Of a stretch of DNA of 64,000 nt, positions 1 to 17,790 are shown one piece after another. Position numbers and translations under genes: made by a program. Below the pieces are notes generated by a model. That model worked only from the letters and a program-made list of their open reading frames with translations. It was not told where the DNA came from and did not search any database. This DNA is from the human T2T-CHM13v2.0 reference genome, Homo sapiens, in NCBI RefSeq assembly GCF_009914755.1, contig NC_060934.1; one strand, given 5' to 3'. How positions within the stretch are numbered: the first letter of the stretch is position 1; every line of letters starts with the position of its first letter.

Positions 1-900
1 CTCCCTCCATTACTAGTCTTTCACAAATCTGCCTTGGCTATGCTTGCCTTTTCTACTCTACCGTAATAATTCTAGGATCAATTTGGAAAATTCCCAGTCA
101 GGAATTGTATTGCATTGCATTTATAAATTAATTTAACAGAACTGTTAGCTATATATTGAGCCTTTCCATCATGAACATATTTTTTCATTGATCTGGGTCT
201 TGTTTAATAACCTTTGATACATTCCATATTTTTTAATGAAGACCTAGCACATTTTTTGACACATTACATCCTACTGCAATTTTTTGTAACTACAGAAAAT
301 GGTGTTTGTAACTGTTTTTATTAATAGTTTTTTGCTGGCATATCGAAGAACTATTTTTTTTACATTGGCCTTATATTTAGCAATGTTGCTGAATTCTCCT
401 ACTAGTTTATCTGTAGTTTCACTCATTTACCTATTATTTTATCAGCAGATAAACATATTATCTTGAAATATGACTAGAATTTTTTCTTTTCCAATCATTT
501 TAGGTTTTATTCTTATCTTATTCTATTTCTTTTGTATTTCTTATGATTTTAGGCTAAATTATTAGTAATTAAAAGCTCAGACTTGTTATGTCTTGTGTTG
601 AATTTTCCTTTGACCATTACATAACAAACTTCTTTATTCCTGACAGTGCTTTTTTGCCTTAAAATGTATTTTATCTGCTATTAATATAGCTGTAGCAGTT
701 CAATTAGTATTTGCTTTTACTATGAGCTTTTCTGTGTCATTATATTTTCAATAAATTTCTGTAAACAGCATATAACCAATTTTTTTTTAAAGAATCCAGT
801 CTAAGCCTCTGCATTGTAGCTGGTGGCAAAATATATTAAAATGTATTACAATTAGTAAAGTATTGGGATTTACTTTTATCACTTTCATTTTTTGTTTAAT
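1..900 (-). mobile_element. Old L1 (L1M-type) ORF2 fragments, antisense
   Basis: T-rich; the reverse complement resembles degraded L1 ORF2 (e.g. atgttcatgatggaaaggctcaatat) and the endonuclease start. Appears to continue at about 3725. Confidence 0.6.
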
Positions 901-904
901 TCTC

Positions 905-3722
<2,818 letters not shown>

Positions 3723-3724
3723 TT

Positions 3725-5270
3725 TCCAGATTTATTTTGTCAACTTTGCTTCTTGTATCCTATTTCCTTTCATCTGAATTGTTTCCTTCTTAGATACATT
3801 TTTTTTTAATTCTTTAAATGAAGGTCTGTGAACAGCAAATTCTCCAAGTATTTGTTAACTAAAACTCCCTTTGTTTTTTTCCCTCACTCTTGATTAATAG
3901 TGTAACTCTAAGAAGATATTATATTGTCCTCTGATCTTCAATGTTGGTGTTAACAAATTTGCTGTCATTCTAATCTTTGCTATTTTGTGTATGATATCTT
4001 TTCCCTCTTTCCTTTGCAGAATTTCTCTTTTTATTTAATGTTTAATAGTTTCACTAGGAATTCTCTAGGCGTCTTTTTTTAATACTCATCCAGCTTGAGA
4101 TGCCCTGGGATTCTTTCATTTGAAGGTTCATGTCTTTAATCAGCTCAGAGTTATCACCCATTTTCCTTCAAATATCTTCTCTAATCCTTTCTCTATCATC
4201 TCCTTCTGGAAATCTTGTTAGATTTGTAAAATCTTGGATTTTTCCTCACCTTAAACTCTGTCTCACAGTTTCCATCTGGTCTCTCTATGCTGGATTCTGG
4301 GTAAAATCCTCTAATCTTCAGTTCAGTGATTGTCTCTTTAATTATGCTAAGGGGCTGCAGAACCTATCCATTGAGTTTTTCATTCACTGAGTGTATTTGT
4401 CATATCTATAAGGTCTATTTAGCTAGTTTTTCTACCTTCCTTTCTTTATTTTTAGTGTCTTGATCTTTCCTCCAGTATTTGACTCCTTCTATTATATTTT
4501 TAGGCATTCTTAGCATACTTTTCCCCTCTCTGATGGTCATTCTGTTACCTCAAGTTCAGGGGACTTGAACCTTAACTGTTGTTGTGTCTGCTGATTCTTC
4601 ATCACAGTGAATTATTCCATTACATATTTCTTTTTTTAAAAATCATGAGGTCATCTTTAATGGGGGTTATTTTCTGAGAAAATACAGTGAGCCTATGTTG
4701 TTAGAATGTCACTTCAGGGTGATTTGGGATTTCAGGCATTCCAGGGACATCCACTTTGGAACAGATTATGTTTATTTCTCTGCTACACGTTTCCTGAGCC
4801 ATGTAGATATTTGAATGCTTTCTGAATGGATTAAAGGCATATTTTGGACCCAAAACCTAAGGGCAAGCCCAGGGCTTAATTTTCTCTAAAGAGATTGTTT
4901 TCCTAACCTCAAGCTGGGACAGCTTCCTTGTCTTCTTCCTGTGCCAATAGACAGATTTCTTCCAATTTCTCTTCCCACTGGGGTTCAACTCTTCCAAAGT
5001 CCCTGACTTATACTTCTCAGGATTACAAGACTTTATCTCCTGTCCTTATATGGGTGTCAAAACCCAAGCCCCTAGGTTTATTGGGAACAAAAATAAATTC
5101 CCAGGTCAAGTCACAGACATATTGCTCTGATTTTTCAACTCCTCCTCATTTCCAAGGCTCAGAATCTCTGCTATGCAATTTTTAAAGGGTTACATGTATC
5201 CCGAATTTCCGCATATCTGTGGCAGGAATGATTTCAAGTTTCTTAGTCCATTATCTTTCTGGAACTAGAA
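3725..5270 (-). mobile_element. Old L1 ORF1/5' region, antisense
   Basis: T-rich; the reverse complement resembles L1M ORF1. Likely the same element as 1-900, split by the plus-strand L1. Confidence 0.55.
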
Positions 5271-5729
5271 ATCCCCTTCTGCACTTATTCATGTGGCCAC
5301 ATCCCAAGAAGTATAATTTCAGAGTAATCTGTGACTGTTTATACAGCTCCAAAACACATTAGTTAAATTGAAATATTTGGCCCATAATCCAGTTGTTTTT
5401 GTCTACATGGTGCCAAATATCCAGATGTGTGTGTCCAATTCATCTGTTGCTTCAAAATATAATAAACTTGCATTATTAAGCACATTGCTATTTCACAAAT
5501 GCAGGGGTCCTCTGGGTGTAATTCTGTCCCTTATTTGCTGAGACTTATTATATTAGAGTACATAACTTTCATTCTGCCACGTTGATTTATAATGCTGTAA
5601 TTCTCTTTCTTGTTGTTATTTTTATTTTTTCACAATACAGTATTGAGGTCAACAAGTATTTATTAAGCTCCTGGCTGAGGGTGAAAAGAATAAAAAATCA
5701 CTCTGTCCTTTGGGGATATTAAAATCTAG

Positions 5730-7090
5730 TTTATGCATTCATTCCCTCAGTCAATAATTTTTTACTGAGCACACACCATGTTCCTAGGGAGACAGGGAAG
5801 TACCAGATACAGTACCTGTCCTTGTGGAGCAGACAGTTTAGTGGGACACAAATAATCACACAAGTAATATAAAAAATTATAAAATACTAAAAAATTAAAA
5901 ATAAAAATTATAATACATTTTATGTAGAAAAGTACAATTGCTGTGATCGAGTATCACACATAATCTCAACTTAGTTTGGGGAAGTTAGAGAAGGGCTCTC
6001 TTAGGAGTGACCGAAGCTGGAACCTGAAGGAGACAGGCAAAGAGTGAGGAGAAGAAAGTTCCAGACAGAGGAACTGTGGGTGGACAGAAGGGGTGTGACA
6101 GGCTTAAGGATCATGAAGATTGTCAGTGTGTCTGGAAGTGCCAGCTGGAGAAAGAGTCAGGAGTCCAATCATGTCTGAGTAGGACAGAGTTTGGATTTGG
6201 ATTTTCTTCTAAGTGCAATAACCCACCATTAGAGTGTGGAGCTGAGGGATGATATGCTAAGATCCCTGGCTGCCCAACAGGAAAGGGGTTGGAGAAGGGT
6301 GGGTGTGGAAAAAGAGAAAGGCGTTAGGGTTTGGGCTAGGTGGAGGACACGGTAGTGTGGAATAAGGAGGTGACAGTGGAGACGGAGAGGAATCGATGTC
6401 TATGAGATGTTTTATAGCTGTAATCAATGGAACTTGAGTAGTGAGGGAGAAGAAACTGTCAGGGTTGATCTGCCAAAAGCAATGGGGAATATAGAGCTGC
6501 CATTTGGGGAAGGCTGGAGGAAAGAACTCCATTTCTAAGGAAAATTAGTTCATTTTTGGGCATGTTAACTCAGAGATGTCTATGAGACATACATGTAGAG
6601 ATGCCAGAGGGACAGTAAGATGTATTCATGGAGTTCAGAAGAGCTGGAAAAAGTTATAAGTGTGGGAGTTGATGGCATTTAACTGACATATAAAACCATG
6701 GAAATGGTGAAGATTAACCAGGGAGAGACTATAGACAGAAAAAGGACAGGCGGACTGGTCAGGTAGAAAGAAGACCAGGAATCTATTTTTTTTTAAAAAA
6801 GGCGGAGCAGGAGTATCTAAGGTGGGAAGAAACAAGGAAAGCTTGGTGTCACAAAATACAAGAGAAGAGAGGGTTTAAGGATGTAAAAGTGGTCAGTGGT
6901 ATCGAATACCTCTGAAGGTCTAGTAAGATAAAAACTAAGAAATGGCCATGGGGTAGTGTGGATGCTATGAGTGAGTCTACCAAAAGCATTTTGGTTAAGA
7001 GAAAGAAGTAGAAGCCAGACTGAAATGGGTTAGCATCAACTCTCCTCCCAGGAAGGGGAGAAAGGAAGCATGTAGAAACAAGACTTAACT
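5730..7090 (-). mobile_element. L2 LINE
   Basis: L2 3' signature (cattcattc...tttactgagcacacaccatg...ctgtccttgtggagc) followed by a purine-rich L2 body. Confidence 0.7.
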
Positions 7091-8594
7091 CAGGACACAT
7101 GACGGAAGAAAATACAAGGCAGTTCTACAATCGCAGATGTGGGGAAACGAGTTTCAAATGGAGGCTAGAGCAGTGGGGAGAACCCTGATGAGGTTTGGCC
7201 CTTGGATAATGAGCCAGATTTAGATAAACAGAGAAGAAGGAGCATATGCCTGGGAACCAGCATGAATAAAAGCAAGTGAGCAGAGATGTTCAGAGGATGA
7301 GGGGGACGGAGAAGAGCCCAGCATGAAGATGGCTGAAAGGACTGAGAAATGAAAATGGATGGGAAGGGTTGAGTATATCTATGTTTTTATGTACCCACTT
7401 CTGAGAAATGCACTCTCTGGCTGCTGAAGGACCTCTCCTGCATTCCATCCATGAGGCAGTGGAGGGGCCACCATCAAGGTACCTAACGACAATGGCATGG
7501 GAATCCAGCCAGGCCGGTCAGCATGCCTCCAGCAACCCTCGTTGACAGACATTCCAGAAATGCTCTTGTGGAGGGAATGAAACTGGCCTTCAGAAGGCAG
7601 CAGATGAAAGAGAGGGAGTGGCAGCACCCCATGGTTCCCAAGGCCCACCAGGGGCCCACTTGCACCACTGTCCTTCCTGTGGTTTGGGTACACGAAGCTT
7701 CCAAATATACTCTCCCCCTTTAAGCCTAAGACTCACCTGCCACCAGGAGTCCTGCCATACAATGAGATGGTGCCAGAGCACAAGAATTCCCTGTTTGGGG
7801 TTAAGCGATGGACCAAGAGGTAGAGGAACCCCCACCAGGAACCAGACAGACACCCCACATCTCAGAAGTCATCCAGCCTTATTTATCAGTAACAACTTTT
7901 GAAATCTCTAGCCTTGGTTAATAAATTGTGGTTGATTCCATTAACATTATTTTGAAATGCCATCAAAACCCTTTTTACTGAAGCCTCAAGGATTAGTTTG
8001 TGTCTGAATCAGCACACCAAGGCTCACTGATCTGAGCCAGCATGAATACACTTCAAAACAGAGGGATCTCGAGGTTGCTGGTGAAACGAGGGCACAAGTC
8101 TTTTATCCGCAGGCTGGAGGTCTGGTTGCTATCAGCCCTCTAAGGGAACTCCGTGGCAGATTTATGGTAGGATGGAGGTAAGATGATGGTGGAAGATCAT
8201 TCTCCTTGCCAAAGAAGTGACAAGGAAGCATTTCCAGGCCCCCCGGGCTCTGCTGTCCGTTCTCTTTGCATGTTTTTATGCCTTATTTGGATTGCAAATG
8301 TACACACACAGCAAAGCGTCCCTGCTGGTTGAGATGTCAGACAGCATTTGTTATTCCAGTTCACTTTTATGAAGAAGCCACAATAACTCTGGTTCCTATT
8401 TAGTGCCTTTGAAAGCTGATTTCTTACATGTGGAGCTCCAGTAGCCAATTCAAGCTTCCTGAAATCACAATATACCCAAGGGGTAGACACAGGGGCCAGA
8501 CCTCTTTGGAGGGCCACACTGCTGAGGCGCTGTAAATGTCTAATGTGGAAGCAAGTGTTCCTTTATAAAAAGACACAGTGCCTCAAAGATTTAA

Positions 8595-8850
8595 TAACTT
8601 AGAAAATGTTCATGAGATAGTATGTGAAAAATTCAGGTTATATAACTGTGCAGTGCAATCCCATTTCTATAAATAAACATATGCATACGTCTATACACAT
8701 ATAGTCTGTGTGTGTATGTGTGTACATACATTTAAAAGATACTGAAGTGATACACACCAAAATGTTAACAACAGTTATCTTGCAGGACAGCAGGAGGGGG
8801 CTTGTAGGTGACTATTTTATTTCCTTTTCTTTGCTTCACCACATTTTCTC
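8595..8850 (+). mobile_element. L1ME 3' end fragment
   Basis: tacacaccaaaatgttaacaacagttatct motif typical of the L1ME 3' UTR. Confidence 0.55.
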
Positions 8851-9182
<332 letters not shown>

Positions 9183-9711
9183 TAAAGCTATTTTTGAAAT
9201 GAGCATCTCTCAGATTTCCTGTAAACAAATATTGAAAGCCCACAGTTGTAGGAGTTTTGGAGGGTAGGGGGAAAATGGGGGTAGGCATGTATGTTGTTTG
9301 TTGCTATATCACTTTATTGCAATGTACAAGAGGGCTAGGAGTTGCCCAGTGTCTGAGAAGCTCATATCAACCACATAAAGGATGGTTCTCCAGTTCTTAT
9401 TCTCACTTAACCATAAATAAACCCACTAGATAATAGCTGGCTGGTACCAGAACACATAACCCCTCCATAACCAGGCTTTTATACTCAGTCCGGATAACTC
9501 TATGCGCACTACTTGCTGCCTGAGGTTTGGTGGAAATCACTTAATCACAATACTCCAAGACATCACCTTTCATCCCCAGTAGATAGAATCCCCAGCAAAG
9601 CCAAGATGCTAGCACTTATTAGCAGTTCTTAAATGGCCTTACCTGCCCCCATTCAGCCTATTAGCTCTATTGTAAGACTGTCAAAACCGAAAAAGTTAAC
9701 CTTAAATGGAT

Positions 9712-9966
<255 letters not shown>

Positions 9967-10059
9967 TGAGCTCACTGCAATAGAAGTACATGCTCACACA
10001 CGATCATTGCACATACACAAGTAATGCCCAGTGCCTAGGCGTGTGGATTTTGGAGCCAA

Positions 10060-10260
10060 ATAGTCTTCAGTTGATTTGCTTCAGCTGCATTATCTGATTT
10101 ATCATAACAACCCTCTGAGGGTAGAATATCCTCCATTTTAACAGATAGGGAAACAGGGGCCTGCAGAAGTGAAGGAACTTGCCGTAGGTCACGAAGACAG
10201 AAAGTGAAAGCTGGAAACCAAGTGCATATTTCCCTGACTCCAGAGCCTGGGTTTTTAAAA
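10060..10260 (-). mobile_element. MIR
   Basis: ccattttaacagatagggaaacaggggc...gaacttgcc...ggtcac core. Confidence 0.7.
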
Positions 10261-10452
10261 AGTCTCCTGCCAGGTTATTTCCACCACTCCGACAAGAATA
10301 TGACTGTGGGGATGTGTACATCTTCAGGACCCATGTCACCAAGCTGTTTGAGATGATGATGGTTTGTTTCCCAGCAAGCTCTTCCAAGCAACAGCCTAGA
10401 CTGTCTTTCCCTTTTCTTGTACCTTCTCTACCTCCCACTTTTCACTGGTGTG

Positions 10453-10454
<2 letters not shown>

Positions 10455-10487
<33 letters not shown>
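10455..10487. repeat. (CA)n microsatellite
   Basis: About 16 CA units. Confidence 0.95.
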
Positions 10488-10489
<2 letters not shown>

Positions 10490-11749
10490 GTCTTCATGAA
10501 ATAACTGCTTGCATTTGACGCTACCAATGTGGGTTTCAGACCCTGTTGCGGCTGCAACAGAGCCCGTTTCAAGTGGCACAGGTGGGCGTCCACTCACTGC
10601 TCCAAGTTATGAGGCACTGAGGTCTCTTCTAAAGGGTCTGAGTTGAGGCCAATGGCTTATTTGTTAGGACGGTCGGTGAAGAGCTCAGCCATCTTCCCTA
10701 AACTTCCTTGCAAACAGCAGCTGCAGATGCCCACGAAGAGGCTGGGGGAGTGGCCATTTTAAACAGGCCCCAAAGAGCTCTTGGGACTTGGCTTCCCTAC
10801 CCTTTGTGTCCCTCGTAGGGTGACTGGGAGGCTCTCAGGAGTTTTCCCGGGCAGATTAACTTTGACAGAACATAGCACATAGCCTGCACAGAGTATGTGA
10901 CCCATCTCCTCTTTATAGAAGCTGGCCATGGCCGCCATTTTCAGGATCTATCAAGGCTCCTGAGGGAGGCGGCAGTTCAGAGCCTGCAAAGATTGGGGAA
11001 AGTGTGGGGCCAGAGAGGCTGGATAGAAGTCCTTGGGTCACAGCCTTCCTCATCTGAAAAATAAGTGTGTGGATGGATCCAGCAGGAGCCTGACTTAGAG
11101 TGGGCCTTCCAAGAATCTCTAGTAGAGCAAATCTAACTTAACTTTTTAACTTAATTTTTTAAACTTAATATCAATCTCAAGACCTAAATATGAGTCTAGC
11201 CAGCTGCCCTGCCTGCCACCAGGTTTACTTGTAGTGGCAAATCATGTTCCCCTAGTAAGCAGGATGAAGCTGACACGAGCCATTGTTCATGAGGCAATTA
11301 TTCTAAGGAGGGAAAGCAGGGGTATGGGGAACATAATATGGGAGGCTGCTGTGGGGCACACAGAGTTAATGCGCACTTTTCTCCACAAGCATACACCACA
11401 ACCGCAACAGGAGCTAATTACTCTTGTTAATTACCTAGCCCTGGGTCAGATCCCAAGGCTGGTTAAAGATAATCAAAGACTAAGCTCATCAATTCTTCCT
11501 TAGAGTATTACAGAAAGTCTAAGTTTGAATGCATAAATCTTTTTCATTGGTTCTGACTACCTCTGAGATAACTTCTCTGCACAAATGAAAATAATTTTGC
11601 AGTTGAGCACAGCAACTTCCCCACTTCCTCCTTCTTGTCTTTTAAGATACCCCCTGCCCCAAATATTTCTTCTGGTATTCTTCTCTCTGCATGTAACATG
11701 ATATCAGTGGGAAGTTTGGCAAAAATAAGTTAATAAATTAACAATTAAT

Positions 11750-12387
<638 letters not shown>

Positions 12388-13443
12388 TTATTACTAGAAA
12401 TTACAAAGATATCTTTTTCTGACAAACAAAATCTTTGAAATTCTAGCAGAAGCAGGGCAGGGGCAAATATTGGCATGTTTCACTAATTTGTCCTAAATGT
12501 CCTGTATCTACCGGTTTTGAAAAGATTCAGCAGGTGTAGATTTTTTTCCCCTGGGAATGGGACTGGTGTCTACAAAAGCAGAGTGTAGCAAATGCTTAGA
12601 CAATTTTCCAGTGAGATCAGTCAAGTCTTAATCTCCATGACGCCAAAATACTGGGCTGCAAAGTGGAAAGGTCAGTCAACCGCCCAGCTGTTTTGTGTCT
12701 GTGTGTCCCCCCAGTGTATGTGACTGTTCGGAGACAGGTTGCAGATCCTGTGGCCGGTGCCAGGGAGGTGCCATCATAGTTGGAAGCTTTCCCCAATAAC
12801 AAATTTCTTTACACATCCACAACTCCCTTCACAGGGGCAGCTACAGCCTGTTCTTTGTCATCTAATTTCAACAGCAGTTGCTTACAAAAAAACAAATCAG
12901 TGACTTTATGATGAGTTCTAATAGGCATCTTTCTTTTCTTCTTCTTGGGGCCCGCCTAGCAACTCCTCCAAAAAGCTGACGCAACAAGGAAGGCTTTAAT
13001 ATCACAAAGGTCATTCATTATCACAGCCACCTAAAAACTTACAACCTTTCCAAAGTAATCACACCAGAACTGATAGACAGTTTTGCATTCATTTGTAATG
13101 TTAAGTACTTAATCAACAAGTTAAATATTCTTCAGGTTCACAAGTCTGATGACAACATCTGAATCATTTTTTCTATTGAAGGAAGAGGGTGTCTGATTAG
13201 GGTTGACAGATGCATATAAGAAAGCACATAGGTTTACCTACACACTTCTTTTTCCTGTTGGGAATATGATAATGTGATAAAATTAGATCTTAAGGTGTTT
13301 GCATGCTTATACCTCTAAAATTTTACGCATGGCTTTGTTGCAGAAGAAAAAGGATTTGGGAAAGTAGTCTTAGAGATGGATCCCTACTGCATGGGTTATC
13401 TGTCCACAGTGTGCTTGGCTTACCTGGGTGTCAGGGAGCAGTC

Positions 13444-13891
13444 TGTGAACCCCGAAAACTTGAGACAGGTCTCAGTTAATTTAGAAAGTTTATTTTGCCA
13501 AGGTTGAGGACGCACGCCTGTGACACAGCCTCACAAGGTCCTGACAACATGTGCCCAAGGTGGTCAGAGCACAGCTTGTTTTTATACATTTTAGAGAGAC
13601 AGGTGACATCAATCAACATATGTAAAATGAACACTGGTTTGGTCTGGAAAGATGGGACAACTCAAAGCAGGGAGGGGCTTCCAGGCCACAGGTAGGTGAG
13701 AGACAAACAGTTGCATTCTTTTGAGTTTCTGATTAGCCTTTCCAAAGGAGGCCATCAGATATGCATTTGTCTCAGTGAGCAGAGGGATGACTTTGAATAG
13801 AATGGGAGGCAGGTTTGCCCTAAGCAGTTCCCAGCTTGAGTTCTCCCTTTAGCTTAGTGATTTTAGGGGCCCAAGATATTTTCCTTTCACA
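13444..13891 (-). mobile_element. MER4A/MER4A1 solo LTR (ERV1)
   Basis: Reverse complement starts tgtgaaaggaaaatatcttgggcccctaaaatcactaagctaaaggg; TG...CA ends. Confidence 0.85.
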
Positions 13892-14009
13892 GTTCATATC
13901 CTGGAGGTAAACCCTTAGATTCAAATTTGTAGAATCACAGACTCTCAAGTTAGCAGAGGCCTTAAGGGAGCTTTGGTTAGCTTTTCTTGAGTGCAAGGAC
14001 AAGAGAACA

Positions 14010-14530
14010 CTCAAGTTAGCTCAAGAAATTGGAGTTTCTTGCAAGAATATACTTGCGCCTGTGTCTGAAGCTGAAAAACCATGAGGAACCCAGACAGCTC
14101 TGGGGACCCGTGGCTTGATGTGTCTCTTTCAGGCCACACGGTTTCTCTATCAAGATATCTCTGCCTCTCTCTGTTCACGTGCTCCCTCCCCTCTCTCATG
14201 AAATAAACTCTTTGTTTTAGATGCATCCTAATTTCAACTTGTTCCTGGCCCATCATGACTTCTGTGGGCCCTCAGCATCAAAACCATTGCAAGCTTGCTG
14301 GTTCACACTTTCTTCGTTTTTAAAGCCGAGAAAGAAAATGTGATTGGTTCAGCTCACTTTTCCATGCTCGGCCCCATTACATGTCACTATCAGCCTGTGA
14401 ATTGACTGCCCTGTGATCAGGTGTCCACCTAAACTGCTCAGTATGCAATCGGGGAACCTGTCTCAAAACAGTCTTTCTGGCAGCAGGGGTTCTGGGTGGG
14501 CAGTTCCCATCAGAAAGCAGGGCAAAGGGT
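14010..14530 (-). mobile_element. Old MaLR LTR (MLT1J/K/L-like)
   Basis: gtgattggttcagctc...gatcaggtgtccacc motifs; highly diverged. Confidence 0.4.
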
Positions 14531-14719
14531 GGTAAAACTGTGGGATTTTCCTGCCCTCATTTAGTAGTTAAGTCTCCTCTATAATGGGGATTGTACACTC
14601 CAGTACCTACAGCCTCAGGCAGGTGATATGAAAAGATTGAATTGGTCCGTCAAGAGCATACGTTGTGTGAGTGGGAAAGACTTTGGAAAACTGGAAAACA
14701 CAGCCTGGTATAAAGGGGA

Positions 14720-15136
14720 TGATATAGTTTGGATATTTTGTCCCCTCCAAATCTCATGTTGAAATTTGGTGCCTAATGTCAGAGGTGGGGCCTGGTGGGA
14801 GGTGATTGTATCCTGGGTGCAGATCCCTCTTGAATGGCTTGGTGCTGTCCTCACGGTAATGAGTGAGTTTATTATCTACTCCTTCCCATGAGATCTGATT
14901 GTTAAAAAGAACCTGGCAGCTCCCACCTCTGTCTCTTTCCTTCTCTCACACCATTTGATGTTTGCTCCCCTTTGTCTTCTGCCATGAGTGGAAGCTTCAT
15001 CAGGCCCTCACCAGAAGCAGATGCTGGCACCATGCTTTTGTGCAGCCTGCAGAACCATGAGCCAAATAATCCTCTTTTGTCTATGAATTGCCCAGCCTCA
15101 GGTATTACTTTACAGCAACACAAATGAACTAAGACA
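14720..15136 (+). mobile_element. MSTB-type solo LTR (ERVL-MaLR)
   Basis: tgatatagtttggata...ccagaagcagatgctggcaccatg...aactaagaca. Confidence 0.85.
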
Positions 15137-15275
15137 GGCTATAAGCAAACTAGCTGCCGTTGGTTTATTTGCAGAAAAGAGAGCTAAGTAATGTCATATA
15201 TCTTATTTTTTTCAGTGGAAGCTAGAAATTTATTTTATGTAAAATCTCTCAAACTTTAATGCTGACTCAAACTTC

Positions 15276-15584
15276 TTTTTGTTTTTTGTTTTTTTTTTTT
15301 TTGAGACAGAATCTTATTCTGTCACCCAGGCTGGACTGCAGTGGCGTGATCTTGGTTCACTGCAATCTCCGCCTCCCAGCTTCAAGCTATTCTCATGCCT
15401 CAGCCTCCTGAGTAGCAGGGATTACAAGTACATGCCACCATGCCTGGCTAATTTTTGTATTTTTAGTAGAAATGGTGTTTCGCCATATTGGCAAGGCTGG
15501 TCTCAAACTCCTGACCTCAGGTGATCTGCCTGCCTCTGCCTCCCAAAGTGCTAGGATTACAGGAGTGAACCATCATACCCGGCC
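15276..15584 (-). mobile_element. AluS
   Basis: Antisense dimer with poly(T); TSD aaactt. Confidence 0.95.
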
Positions 15585-15699
15585 AAACTTTTTTAACATT
15601 ATTGGCCAACCAAAACACTCCCTTGCCTCCTCTACCCTTCAACCAGCTAGGGGACCCTCAGCCTCCAGCCTCTCATGAATGCACAACGGAGGGAGACAA

Positions 15700-17110
15700 C
15701 ACCAGCTTTAGTGGAAGCCCATTTCATTTTCCAACAGTTCTAATGGTTTAACATTTCTTCATGTATTTGAATCTAAATCTGTCTCTCCACAGTCAGTCCC
15801 TTGTTTCATGAAGGAAAAAAATCAAAAGCCCCTTCAACCTGATAGCCACATGCATACGTGAAGATGATTCCTACAGAGGACCTACTTCTTCTCATTCCAT
15901 TTCTTCCGAAGTCACTCATATGACCCATTTCCTTCAACATCCTGGTTGCCCTGCTCTGAACACATCATGGTTGGTTAATATCTTGCTGAAATTGTGGTAA
16001 TTAGCATCTGTCTTAGTTCATTTGGGCTGCTATTACAAAATACATTAGGATGGGTAATTTATAAACAGAAGTTTGTTTCCTATAGTTCTGGAGCCTGGGA
16101 AGTTCAAGATTAAGGCACCAGCAGATCTGATGACTGTGAAGGGTTCTGTCTGCTTCATAGATGGTACACTTCTTCCTGTTACCTCACATGGAAGAAGGGA
16201 CTGGGCAGCTCCCTACAACCTCTTTTGTAACAGCACTTCCCAAAAAGCCCCACCTACTAATACCACCACAATGGGAATTAGATTTCAATATGAATTTTGG
16301 AGGGACACATTCAGACTGTGTCAAGGTCTGAGGTCAGACTACCCACACAGAGTAATTATAGGACTTTCTCACTTGAGACTTTGTACTTCTGTTAATGCAA
16401 TTTAAAATTTTATTTTAGATGATAAGTTCATAGCAGTGATTCATACCAACTTAAAGTAAACTAAAGTGCTTAAGGTGCTTTGTTTGTTTCTTTGCTTTTC
16501 ACATGAACACTTATTAAACCTGATTTTCACCTTGTCCTTGTAAAGTTAGGCTCTTAGGACCTGAGTAAATCCATTGCCCCTACTCAATCTCATATTGTTA
16601 GATTTCACTCACCCAGCCCATTAGTATCTTCTTTAGATCTTTCTGCTCTTTTACTGCTATCCAACATATTAACTCATCTGTGTATCATTACTACTTGTTT
16701 ATTATTTATACTCTACGTTCCAAAAAGTGTACCAGCATATGAGTCTATCTGTTTTCCAGATTTCCTTCTCCTTCTTTCTTTGGCTTTTTTTGCGATTATA
16801 GTGTCAAATTTTCACTTTTACTTTCAGATGGCTTTTGATATTTCTTTTTTATTTATCTGGCCCCTGGATTCTATCTCTTTTCCTTGGGAAGTTTGAAGTC
16901 TGTATTTCTAAAGTCCGTGACATATATGTAACTGTGCTCTGTATTCTCCTTCCTGGGTGTTGCAGAGTCTAAGAAAACAAGGTCATTTTCTCCTCAGGTT
17001 TTCATCATTTCTGCATCTCCAATCAACAGTTCTTTGTTGAACAGAATTAGGTTCCCAGCAACAGTTTCCATCATTGCTCCTTCTGGCTTCTGAGAATTAA
17101 AACAGTCAGC
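15700..17110 (-). mobile_element. L3/CR1 LINE fragment, split by an LTR
   Basis: CR1-like antisense motifs (catcctggttgccctgctctgaacac; tccaatcaacagttctttgttgaacagaattag). Confidence 0.55.
16009..16323 (-). mobile_element. MLT1A/MSTD-type LTR
   Basis: tgtcttagttcatttgggctgctattacaaaatac...gaattttggagggacacattcagac. Confidence 0.8.
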
Positions 17111-17359
17111 ATGATCTGTTTCCAGCTATGATGGAGCGGATGATATCAGATTAATCTCCCACTGAGAACAACTATAAAAGCTGGATAAAACACAAAGGCC
17201 AACTGTTGGAAGGCATTGGATAGCAACCAAGGCAGCCAATGCCCCAAAGAAGCCAAGATCCCAAAGACACAGGAAATGCATTCAAATGTGCCTACTATTT
17301 GGCACCCAATATACCCTCAAGGCATTGCTGACTTCCAAGTTGTGCATGTGCAGGCCTAA

Positions 17360-17790
17360 TGTCACAGACTGTGTTCCTTGAGACAGAGATTAATGAGCAC
17401 AATGTTTATTAGGAGGTACTTTTAGGATCACCCTCTATAGAAGGGAGAGGAAGAAAGCAGAATTTGTTGCAGCCTCAGCCTCTGCCAACCCCACAGGGAG
17501 TTCTGGAGCTATAGCAACCCTTCTAGCTCCAGGGTTGTTGTCCCAATCTAGAATTGTCCCAAGTTGCTGCACAGCAGCAGGTTCTTTTACCCCAAAGGCA
17601 AGAAAGCACTGGATACAGGTTGCCCTGGAAGGGTGTGAACCTTGCAGGAAGCAGTTTTGTTTTTACTTTTTTTTTTTTCAGCAGAAGCAATCCTCAAAGG
17701 GGCTGCCAATTGACAATCCCTAGCAGTTGGGGGACTAATTCCTTCATTCCTGAAGGGGGATCTAGGCATTGCATCACAGTATCTGTCACA
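17360..17790 (-). mobile_element. LTR16 (LTR16C-like) solo LTR
   Basis: TG...CA ends, near-TSD cctaa/cctac; gccaaccccacagggagttctggagct motif. Confidence 0.7.

Noticed and set aside
6284-6345. G-rich, telomere-like tract (ttagggtttggg) as a G-quadruplex or interstitial telomere
   Set aside because: Single degenerate unit with irregular G-runs inside a purine-rich L2 region.
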